From contig CAVSGG010000005.1 in assembly GCA_963727455.1 (NCBI GenBank), positions 512,001 to 576,000 on the forward strand: a DNA stretch of 64,000 nt, written 5' to 3'. Below, piece by piece: positions 28,062 to 36,312 of the stretch. Position numbers and translations under genes: made by a program. The notes below the pieces were generated by a model. The model was not told where the DNA came from, made no database searches, and worked only from the letters and a program-made list of their open reading frames with translations. The stretch's first letter is position 1. The number at the start of each line of letters is the position of its first letter. The DNA is from Candidatus Krumholzibacteriota bacterium (GTDB lineage: Bacteria > Krumholzibacteriota > Krumholzibacteriia > JAJRXK01).

Positions 28062-29290
28062 TGGCGAACACCTACCACTATCTCCGCGGGGGAGATAGTG
28101 CGTACGCCTTGGGCATCTCCTCCGCCTTGGAGCAAGAGGGGCACCAAGTCATTCCCTTCGCGATGAAGGGTGACGCGAATTTCGCCTCGGACTTCGCGCC
28201 CTACTTCACACCTGAGCTTGATTACCCTGCAATGCAAGCAGAGGGTGGACTGACAAATTCGTGGAGAGTGGTCAGTAATTCCATCTACAATCGACGGGCC
28301 CGGCGCAATCTTAGCCGGCTCTTGGACGAGCACCAGGTCGACCTGGTTCACCTTCACTCCATCATGCATCACCTCACCGCCTCCATCGTTCTGGAGTGTC
28401 GACAACGTGGTATCCCCATCGTGTGGACTCTCCACGACGCCAAGGCGTGCTGTCCAACCACTCGGTTCATGCGCGAGGGAAGAGTGTGTCACGACTGCGC
28501 ACAAGGACGCTTCTACCGTGCGGTGACCACCCGTTGCAAGCGCGGCAGTCTTGCCGCCTCGGCCATCGTGGCCTTCGAACTCTATCTACACCGTTGGTGG
28601 CGAATCTACGAGAGAGCCAACCTACTTTTAGCTCCCAGCCGGTTTCTGAGAGACCTTCTCGTCAACACGGGGCTTCGTCCCCATCGCTTCGAAGTGTTGC
28701 CGAACTACGTGGATGTCGCGGGCTTCGATCCCGCTCAGGGGAGCGGTGAGTATGCACTCTATGTCGGGAGACTCTCCCCCGAGAAGGGTCTCGATGTACT
28801 CTTGAAGGCGGCCGCCCGGGAGCCGAGGATGCCCCTGCGGATCGCCGGTTCGGGTGAAATGGAGGGCCAGTTGCGCCAGGAGTGTCGCGAGCGAGGTCTC
28901 GCCAACGTGCACTTCGAAGGGCATGTCGATCAGAGACGAGTGAAGGAACTGCTGCACGATGCCCGCTGTCTCGTCCTTCCGAGTATCTGGGACGAGAATT
29001 GCCCCATCTCCATCCTGGAAGCGTTTGCCGCCGGAAGAGCGGTCCTGGCCAGTCGGAGTGGTGGGGTGCCCGAATTGGTCAGCCAGGGCGAGACGGGTCG
29101 CCTCGTCGAGCCCGGGAGGGTCGGTCCTCTGGCGGTTGCGCTCAAGGAGCTCGTGGAGGCGCCTGATGAATGGGTGCGTATGGGGCAGAAGGCTCGTGAG
29201 CAGGCCGAGCTTCGCTTCGACGCGAGCACCCACCTGGACTCCTTGCTCGGCTATTACGAAGAGGTATTGGCTGTGCGGAAGAACGACTGA
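28049..29290 (+). CDS. Glycosyltransferase family 4
   Basis: RGGD, WTLHD...CP, GRLSPEKG and ENCPISILEA. Confidence 0.92.
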   Translation: MRILMANTYHYLRGGDSAYALGISSALEQEGHQVIPFAMKGDANFASDFAPYFTPELDYPAMQAEGGLTNSWRVVSNSIYNRRARRNLSRLLDEHQVDLVHLHSIMHHLTASIVLECRQRGIPIVWTLHDAKACCPTTRFMREGRVCHDCAQGRFYRAVTTRCKRGSLAASAIVAFELYLHRWWRIYERANLLLAPSRFLRDLLVNTGLRPHRFEVLPNYVDVAGFDPAQGSGEYALYVGRLSPEKGLDVLLKAAAREPRMPLRIAGSGEMEGQLRQECRERGLANVHFEGHVDQRRVKELLHDARCLVLPSIWDENCPISILEAFAAGRAVLASRSGGVPELVSQGETGRLVEPGRVGPLAVALKELVEAPDEWVRMGQKAREQAELRFDASTHLDSLLGYYEEVLAVRKND

Positions 29291-29299
29291 GGTTCAGCG

Positions 29300-30412
29300 G
29301 TGCGTATTACCTTCGTCTCTCCTCCTCTGTACGCCATGTTCGCGCGCCCCGACCTGCATTTTGCCGGGGGAGCGGAGTTTCAGCAGCTATCCCTGGCCCG
29401 GTGGCTGCGCGACCACGGACACGAGGTCTCGTTCGTGGTGGCCAACTTTGGACAGGGTGAGGTGGAGACGGCCGAAGGATTTCGCTTCTACCGCTCCTTC
29501 GTGCTGGGGGAGGGAAATCGCAAACTGCGCTTTCTTCCTGATATGATCAAGTTGCGCGAGGCCATTCACCGAAGTCGACCCGAAGTCGTCAACCAGCGCT
29601 CGACCTCCTTCTACACCGGCCAGTGCTGCTGGTTCAGCCACCAATGTGGCGCGGCCTTCACCTTTTCCCTGGGAATCGATTACAACTGCTGGCCCGATCT
29701 GCAGGGACGGGCCCCGAGGCCCATCCAGCAGCTCTACCGCTGGGGGGTCGAGCATGCAGAGCTGGTTTTGGCCCAGACCGAGTGGCAAGCTGCTCTGATG
29801 GAGAGAAACTTTCAATGCACTCCGGACGTGCTTCCCAACGTCCTGGAGATTCCCCCCGAGAGAAGCGACGGCGAAGAGGGGGATTACATCCTGTGGGTGG
29901 GCAGCCTCGCCAAGCGGAAGAGGCCCGAACTCTTCGTAGAGCTCGCGCGTGCGCTCCCGCAGCAGAACTTCGTTTTGGTTGGAGGGCCGGGAGAGGACCC
30001 GGGCTATGACGATGAAATGAAAAAGCACGCTTCCGATCTGCAAAATCTCGAGTGGCGTGGCTTCGTGTCTCCGTCGGAAATCGAAGAGGTGTATCGGGGT
30101 GCCCATCTTCTGGTCGGAACCTCGCGCCTGGAGGGTCTTCCCAACACCTATCTGCAAGCCTGGTCGCATGGGGTTCCCGTGATCACGGTGAGTGTCGATC
30201 CTGACGGAGCCATCGCGGAGAAGGGTCTAGGGGAAGTGGTGGGAGAAGAGGGAAACCTGGCTCTGGCAGTGGAGAAATGGATCCGTGACGCTCGGCTCTG
30301 TCGAGAGGCCGGGGCGCGAGGGCGCGAGCACGTGCGCGCGCGACATGACATCGAGAACGTGGCCCCGCGAGCGGTCGAACTCTTCGAGCGAGCACGGAGG
30401 GGCCATGTCTGA
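29300..30412 (+). CDS. Glycosyltransferase family 4
   Basis: GGAEFQ, KRP and EGLPNTYLQAW. Confidence 0.9.
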   Translation: MRITFVSPPLYAMFARPDLHFAGGAEFQQLSLARWLRDHGHEVSFVVANFGQGEVETAEGFRFYRSFVLGEGNRKLRFLPDMIKLREAIHRSRPEVVNQRSTSFYTGQCCWFSHQCGAAFTFSLGIDYNCWPDLQGRAPRPIQQLYRWGVEHAELVLAQTEWQAALMERNFQCTPDVLPNVLEIPPERSDGEEGDYILWVGSLAKRKRPELFVELARALPQQNFVLVGGPGEDPGYDDEMKKHASDLQNLEWRGFVSPSEIEEVYRGAHLLVGTSRLEGLPNTYLQAWSHGVPVITVSVDPDGAIAEKGLGEVVGEEGNLALAVEKWIRDARLCREAGARGREHVRARHDIENVAPRAVELFERARRGHV

Positions 30413-31520
30413 GAAAGTCCTTCGCGTTGCGATTCTCGGGACGCGCGGACTGCCGCCCCGCTACGGGGGACGGGAGACCGCAGCCGATGAGATCGGACGT
30501 CGCCTTGCCGCGCGTGGACACGAGGTAGTGGTGTACTGTCGTAACTACAACGTTTCCACCCCGCGACCGGCCGAGTATCAGGGCATTCGACTGGTTCATC
30601 TGCCGTCCATCCAGGAGAAGAACCTCGACACCCCTTTTCATCTTGTACTTTCTCTCATCCATTTGATTCTACGAGAAAGACCCCAGGTAGTGATTCTCAG
30701 CGGTTCAGGTACCGCCTTTGCCATCCCCATCCTGCATCTTTTCAGGAAGAAAACCGTCATGTGGGTGGACGGGAAAGCGTGGACCCGCGGCAAGTGGGGA
30801 GCATTCGCGCGCTGGTATTTGAAGCGTTCCGCACTGTTCGGTGTCAGGCACAGTGATGCGATCATCACCGACACTCCTCTGGCGCATCGCTTCTATCTGG
30901 AGGAGATGGGCCGTGAGACCGACTACATTCCCTACGGCGCGCAGGTGGAGACGGGTGGAGGGACGGAAACGCTCGATCGCTTGGGACTCGTCCCCGAGCA
31001 ATACCTGCTCTTCGTGGGGCGGTTGGTGCCGGAAAAGGGTGTGCAGTATCTCATCGAGGCCTTCGAGAGGATCGAAACCCCAAGACGCCTGGTGATCGTG
31101 GGGGATGACCCCTACCAGAAGGAGTTCGTCCAGGAGCTGAAGAGCACTCCGGACCCGCGGATACTCTTTACTGGCTATATCTTCGGGAAAGGCTTCCACG
31201 AGCTGATGCGCAACTGCCGCATCTATGTCCAGCCCAGTGACGTGGAGGGAACGAGTCCTGTACTCTTGAGTGCGATGGCCTACGGCCGGGCTGTCGTGGT
31301 CAACGGGATTCCGGAGAACTTGAATACCATGGGAGATGCCGGTCTTTCGTTTGCGCCAGGCGATGTTTCCCAACTGCAGGACAGACTCGAGGAACTGATG
31401 GAGGACGAAGAGAAGATTCGAGAACTCGGACGCCGTGCATCAGATCGAGTGCGTGCCCTGTACGATTGGGACAAGATTACTGACACCTTTGCTGCTCTAC
31501 TCACAAGTTTGACAGATTGA
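30405..31520 (+). CDS. Glycosyltransferase family 4 (DUF1972-type N-terminus)
   Basis: ILGTRGLPPRYGG, IPYGA, GRLVPEKG and EGTSPVLL.AM. Confidence 0.9.
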   Translation: MSEKVLRVAILGTRGLPPRYGGRETAADEIGRRLAARGHEVVVYCRNYNVSTPRPAEYQGIRLVHLPSIQEKNLDTPFHLVLSLIHLILRERPQVVILSGSGTAFAIPILHLFRKKTVMWVDGKAWTRGKWGAFARWYLKRSALFGVRHSDAIITDTPLAHRFYLEEMGRETDYIPYGAQVETGGGTETLDRLGLVPEQYLLFVGRLVPEKGVQYLIEAFERIETPRRLVIVGDDPYQKEFVQELKSTPDPRILFTGYIFGKGFHELMRNCRIYVQPSDVEGTSPVLLSAMAYGRAVVVNGIPENLNTMGDAGLSFAPGDVSQLQDRLEELMEDEEKIRELGRRASDRVRALYDWDKITDTFAALLTSLTD

Positions 31521-31561
31521 CCGCGCACAACTGACGGGAGGATGAACGGTCTGCCACTCGA

Positions 31562-33109
31562 CTACTTATCCTCTCTCGATTTTGGAGCCCAGTAGATCGC
31601 TTTGCCCATACCACTTGTGTCGTGGCGCAGCTCGTATTCCTCCTGCCATCTTCGACGTTGCGCCTTGGTGCGAAAAAGCGCGTAATGAATGAAATCCTCT
31701 TTGATAACGCTCTCACCCTTTAAGCTTCTATCCAGAATGAAAACCCGCGGATGGTAAGTATCCATGAGGTCACCGATGAAAACCGAATCACTTCTGGAAT
31801 GCTCGAGCGCGAGATCGCGTGAGACCAGAGCACCCAAATCCAAGATTTTGCGCTTGGAGGCCCAGCCAATCAGACCAATGTCACCGGTCGCCACCAGATC
31901 GTCGCGATTCGTGTTGGATTGAAGCCAATCCGCAACTTTCTGATAACGGCCACCTACGGATTCTCGAATCCTCGCGCTTCGATAGCTCTGAAGGGTCATG
32001 GAAATCAGGATGAGTCCAATAGCGAAGGTGGTTGCTACGGATGGCTTCCGCAGTATGCGCAAGATTCCTGTGGGAAGAGTGATGCTGAGCAGAAGAACGA
32101 AACAGAGACAGCTGGGGACGCCGTACCAGGAGAAGAGCCGACCCGGATGTCCGAGCAAGTAGAAGGAAATGTAGGCGAGTAGCGAAAGCGTCAGCAAAAA
32201 TCCCATGCTCGAAATGGCTCTTAGGTGACGCTTCAAAAACCAAGCGAGAAGGATGAGGCAGAGTAGGCCCAAAACAGAGGTTGCAAGAACCCCCATCCGG
32301 AGAAATACAGTATCGGGTAAACCAAAGAGCAAAGAGCTAATGTAGAGTGACAGATCAGCAAAGCTGTGAACGGCATTCAGCGAAGTACTGGCCTTCGCAA
32401 GAGCCGAATTGGGAAGAATGGAGCCATACTGAGTGATCGCAAGTATGAACCAACCCAAGCCCATGACTGCGGCAATTACCGCACTGATCAAGGCCGATGT
32501 GAATCTCCGGAATGCCGCGACAGCCAATAAGACTCCAAAGAGGATGACGCCCTCCGGGCGTGTCAATCCGGTGACTCCACCCCAAACTCCTCGCACTACG
32601 CTTCGGCCCTTCAAATGTGCTTCCCACATCCCGAGGATACCCAAGAGGAATAGCGGCGTTTCCATGCCCTCGATCGAACTGTCCACGAAAGCAAACCATA
32701 CGGTAAAGATCATTGCTCCGAAGAGCGCACTCTCCTGTGAGAAAGAAGTCAAGAGTCTCCAGATGAACCACAGTCCCACGAGGTAGCAAAGAATCCCTAA
32801 CCAGGGAAGAAAGGCAATGAGTGTTGCATCGGGAAGCATTTTCGCCAAGGCGGCGAGGAGGTACATGTATAGGGGCGAGGTGAACCCCATTACAATTTCG
32901 CCCTGATTGTATACTAGGCCCAGGCCAGCCCGAAAATTCTCTGCATATCGCAGGTAGATGTAGGTATCATCGATGAAGAGGCCGCCGCTCAGTCGGTGGG
33001 CAAGAAGCCTCAGGACGATTCCTATCCCTGCCAACAGCAGGAGATACCCAGGAATAGTCTCTTGAAGCTCGGCCTTCCTCGGAGAACCTTTAGCTGCAGA
33101 GTTCCACAT
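31562..33109 (-). CDS. GT-C-fold membrane glycosyltransferase (DD-motif family)
   Basis: 'IDDTYIYLRYAEN...GLVYN.GE...GFTSPLY', GMETPL, TRPEG, PNSALAK and 'DIGLIG...ILDLGALV'. ATG at 33109 preferred over the track start. Confidence 0.8.
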   Translation of the reverse strand: MWNSAAKGSPRKAELQETIPGYLLLLAGIGIVLRLLAHRLSGGLFIDDTYIYLRYAENFRAGLGLVYNQGEIVMGFTSPLYMYLLAALAKMLPDATLIAFLPWLGILCYLVGLWFIWRLLTSFSQESALFGAMIFTVWFAFVDSSIEGMETPLFLLGILGMWEAHLKGRSVVRGVWGGVTGLTRPEGVILFGVLLAVAAFRRFTSALISAVIAAVMGLGWFILAITQYGSILPNSALAKASTSLNAVHSFADLSLYISSLLFGLPDTVFLRMGVLATSVLGLLCLILLAWFLKRHLRAISSMGFLLTLSLLAYISFYLLGHPGRLFSWYGVPSCLCFVLLLSITLPTGILRILRKPSVATTFAIGLILISMTLQSYRSARIRESVGGRYQKVADWLQSNTNRDDLVATGDIGLIGWASKRKILDLGALVSRDLALEHSRSDSVFIGDLMDTYHPRVFILDRSLKGESVIKEDFIHYALFRTKAQRRRWQEEYELRHDTSGMGKAIYWAPKSREDK

Positions 33110-33119
33110 ATTGCAGCCC

Positions 33120-34394
33120 TTATTCGACAGTGTTGACGTAATTGCGCCCGGACTTGATCTGAATGGCGCGTGCAACGAAGACCGGAAGAAAGGCGCCCAG
33201 TCGGTAGACGTTTTCGGGATAGCGGAGATAGCGGGCGATCCCGAAGTACAGGGGGTGCATCACGGGCACGAAGACTCCACCAACGGCTCGAGCCGCCCGA
33301 AAATGGGTCAGGAAGTTGTCCCGAAGGTTCACGGGGAAACTCCTGTCTCCCGCTGCGGAAATGTCCGCGAAGTGCTGCCCGATGCTCAGTGTCCTTCGAA
33401 CACCTTTCGTCGTCGGGAGGTGCAGGGGCAAATAGTAGCCATTGCGATACATGGTTTCATAACGATAGCCGGCCGCTTCCACCGCATCCCGCGTGCGTGG
33501 AGTGGTGTTGGTGCGGAGCTCACCTCCATGCATACAGACACCCTCGACCTCTGCCCCAACTAGCTCCGCCAGAGTTCTCTTCTCTTCGATCGCAGCGGCT
33601 TCTTCGGTCCCAAAACGGCTCTGGGCCGTGGTCACGAACTCACCATGAAGCGCAACCTCGTGCCCACGCATCTTCGCGACGCAATTGCGAATTTCCCGGT
33701 TGCCGTAGAACAGCCCCATGGGTCGCAAGTAAACGGTGCTTCTCAGTCCGAAGGTTTCTTCGAGCGCATGGATGGCGGGGAGGTTCACGATGGCCTTGTC
33801 GACGTCGTAGCGTGTCGATACTGCCGCACGATAGGGGCGACCATCACGGTGCGGCAGGGTCCAGATCCGAAGCTCCGGAAGGCCCTTTGCCCGGTGGGCT
33901 TCTCTCAGGAGATTACGCAGTCTATCTAGAGCCTTCTCGTCGAAACGTTGGTGCTTTTCAGCAGAGCGGCGGAGTTCTTCGAGCTGGATTCGTGCCGCCC
34001 TGGATTCGAGGCTCGGGTCGTTTTCCGGCGACCCGAGCATATGCCCGTAACCAAGGTGAGAAATCACTTCCCGCGCGAAGGGATCCGAGAACTCTGTTCC
34101 GAGAGTCGGCAGTCCCTGATCAGGTGAAGTGGAATCGAGAGGAAAGGGAGGGATGCGGAGTTCGGTTCTGTCCACCTCGACGACCGCATTCTCCAGATGG
34201 GTGTCCAGGCGGCCCTCGGCGTCCAGTGTCAGACTAGCCTCTTGGCGTTGCTCCCACCAGCTTGCGATCTCCCTTTGGGGGACACACCACACGTCTCCAT
34301 CGGCGCGTACTTCTTCCAGGAATTCGCGGTAGGCGGGGGCATCCTTCATGAAGCGATGACGCGCGATCGCACGCTTGATCATCGCCAGATTCAT
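33120..34394 (-). CDS. Polysaccharide deacetylase-like (NodB/CE4 fold) protein
   Basis: TRYDVD, ST.YL, EVALHG, MHGG, Y.YET and GGVFVPVMHP. Confidence 0.7.
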   Translation of the reverse strand: MNLAMIKRAIARHRFMKDAPAYREFLEEVRADGDVWCVPQREIASWWEQRQEASLTLDAEGRLDTHLENAVVEVDRTELRIPPFPLDSTSPDQGLPTLGTEFSDPFAREVISHLGYGHMLGSPENDPSLESRAARIQLEELRRSAEKHQRFDEKALDRLRNLLREAHRAKGLPELRIWTLPHRDGRPYRAAVSTRYDVDKAIVNLPAIHALEETFGLRSTVYLRPMGLFYGNREIRNCVAKMRGHEVALHGEFVTTAQSRFGTEEAAAIEEKRTLAELVGAEVEGVCMHGGELRTNTTPRTRDAVEAAGYRYETMYRNGYYLPLHLPTTKGVRRTLSIGQHFADISAAGDRSFPVNLRDNFLTHFRAARAVGGVFVPVMHPLYFGIARYLRYPENVYRLGAFLPVFVARAIQIKSGRNYVNTVE

Positions 34395-34657
34395 TCCGAA
34401 GAATCCTCGAGAGAGCTCTCCACGAAGCTGATCATTTGATCCAAACTGTCGAAGATCTGGAAGTTATCGTCGTCGATATAGATGCCAAATCGCTCTTCGA
34501 TCGCGGTCAGGAGTTCGATGCCGCTCATGGAGTCCATACCCAAGCCTCCTGAAAAGACGGGCACATCAGTGGGCAAGTCCTCCGGTGCGATGGCACCGTC
34601 CAGCGCTCGGGAAACGATGGCTCGAATGTCCGTTTCGATCGCCTCGCGCGAACTCAT
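34391..34657 (-). CDS. Acyl carrier protein
   Basis: Acidic 88-aa protein with GMDSM (phosphopantetheine Ser) and IEERFGI. Overlaps both neighbours by ATGA. Confidence 0.9.
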   Translation of the reverse strand: MSSREAIETDIRAIVSRALDGAIAPEDLPTDVPVFSGGLGMDSMSGIELLTAIEERFGIYIDDDNFQIFDSLDQMISFVESSLEDSSE

Positions 34658-35718
34658 GAGGGTTCCCCAATCGATCGCGGTGTCAAGGTCACCCAACTCG
34701 GACATTCGATGCTACCCTTGGAAAGGTCGAAGACGAACACGCTCGACTCTTCGTTGCTCAAGTTCTGGTCTTTTTCGAAGCCCATAATCTTGTAGAGAAG
34801 TCCGATCTGACGATTTCGCTCGGTTCGGATGTATTTAGCTCTAAGCCAACGGCAGCCGCTTTCTTGGGCGAGTCGACCCAGGTGAGAGAGAAAGGCTGTC
34901 CCGAGTCCTCTTCCTGCAACTCGGCAGGAGAGGAGTAGAATCTCGATATTCCATGCATCGGGTTCGTGGCGGATGAGCGACACGCCACAGCGTCCATAAT
35001 CTCCGTGTTTGTCCTCGAGAGAGCACACGTGAAACGACATTTCCTTCGCACGGAAGAACTCCAAGATCTCCTCGTCGCTGTAGCGGATTCCAGTGGAATT
35101 GAACTGGTTGGTTCTCGTCACCAGTTCACTGATTCTGGGGAGATCATCTTCGTCTGCGAGCCACGGAGTTGCGACCATATCGAGAGACGTGAGGAAAGCT
35201 TCACGGCGGCCCTCGTGCTCTTCTTCCAGTCGCTTGCGCTCCGCCTCTTCGACGTACATGCGTCCTCTGGCACGCGCCTCGGGGGTATCGTAGTTGAGCT
35301 GGAATTCGGGAAGCTCGATCAACTTTCGATAATCCAGAGCGTCATAAGTGCGCACTTCCGGCAGCATGGCTTGCACGGACTCTCGCTCGAAGGGATTGTC
35401 ATCGACGAAAGCCACTGCATCGAGTCCGATGTTGAGGGTCTCCACGATCCTCTTGATGTTGTCTTCCTTCGGATCCCAATTCACTTGCGGATGGACGAAG
35501 TACTGCATGAGGCCGAAGTTCTCCACAAATTCGAGGGCCTTTTCCTCGTTCTTGGAGGCGATCGACTGCACGAGTCCTCGTTCTTTCAATTCCGCGAGCA
35601 CGTCGGTGATGCCCGGACGGAGTTGAACCTCCGGATCCTCCAGACAAATCCCGTCCCACAGCGTATTATCGAGGTCCCAGATCACACATTTGATGCCGGC
35701 CATGTGGGAATCTCCCAT
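34654..35718 (-). CDS. fkbH: FkbH-family glyceryl-ACP synthase (HAD-IIIC phosphatase + acyltransferase domain)
   Basis: KCVIWDLDNTLWDG, SIASKN, WDPK, FVDDNPFER, RTNQFN, DKHGDYG and LLSCRV (Cys). Confidence 0.93.
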   Translation of the reverse strand: MGDSHMAGIKCVIWDLDNTLWDGICLEDPEVQLRPGITDVLAELKERGLVQSIASKNEEKALEFVENFGLMQYFVHPQVNWDPKEDNIKRIVETLNIGLDAVAFVDDNPFERESVQAMLPEVRTYDALDYRKLIELPEFQLNYDTPEARARGRMYVEEAERKRLEEEHEGRREAFLTSLDMVATPWLADEDDLPRISELVTRTNQFNSTGIRYSDEEILEFFRAKEMSFHVCSLEDKHGDYGRCGVSLIRHEPDAWNIEILLLSCRVAGRGLGTAFLSHLGRLAQESGCRWLRAKYIRTERNRQIGLLYKIMGFEKDQNLSNEESSVFVFDLSKGSIECPSWVTLTPRSIGEPS

Positions 35719-35720
35719 AC

Positions 35721-36251
35721 TCAGGGGAGCTTTCGCTCCATTCGCTGTGCTGAGGGCTTGCGCAAAGGGCGCAGGCCCTTCTTGAATTCTTCCATGCTCT
35801 TGCGATAGCCGAGTGTCTTGGTGACACGGGCCATGGGCTTGGCCTCCGGCGATCCACCGACCAGAGTATAGTCGGGGACACTCTTGGTAACCACGGATCC
35901 CGCGGCTACCACCGCGCCCTCGCCAATGCGAACGTTGGGCATGATGACGGAGTTGGGACCGATAAAGGCGTCTGGACCAATTTCGACCGACCCTACCCCT
36001 CTCATGTGCGAGATGATGATCACCGAAATTCCGATCACGGAGCGGTCGTGGATGGTCACTTTCTCCGGATACTCGTCATCGATGTAGACGTTCGCTCCCA
36101 GGAAGATCTTACCATCGATCTTGACGCCCCGGGCGCGGTGAAGCCACACACGTAGGCTCTCCGAGCCTGGGCAGAGTCTCGCCCATACGTGCAAGACTCT
36201 CTGAAAAACTCGTTGAGGAAGTCGGAGGAATCGCGATAATTCGCTATTCAT
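35721..36251 (-). CDS. Left-handed beta-helix (hexapeptide) acyltransferase
   Basis: IGPDAFIGPNSVIMPNVRIGEGAVVAAGSVVTKSVP hexapeptide repeats. Confidence 0.9.
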   Translation of the reverse strand: MNSELSRFLRLPQRVFQRVLHVWARLCPGSESLRVWLHRARGVKIDGKIFLGANVYIDDEYPEKVTIHDRSVIGISVIIISHMRGVGSVEIGPDAFIGPNSVIMPNVRIGEGAVVAAGSVVTKSVPDYTLVGGSPEAKPMARVTKTLGYRKSMEEFKKGLRPLRKPSAQRMERKLP

Positions 36252-36312
36252 GGTAAGCTCGATTTTATCGCAGGATCCTGAAGTTCTGCAAGAGTTTAGG
36301 GAGATCAAGCGG

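Noticed and set aside
34391-35718. Polyketide/tetronate biosynthetic cluster
   Set aside because: No ketosynthase, FabH-like, NRPS or FkbG/I/K-type genes; the context is entirely glycan-related.
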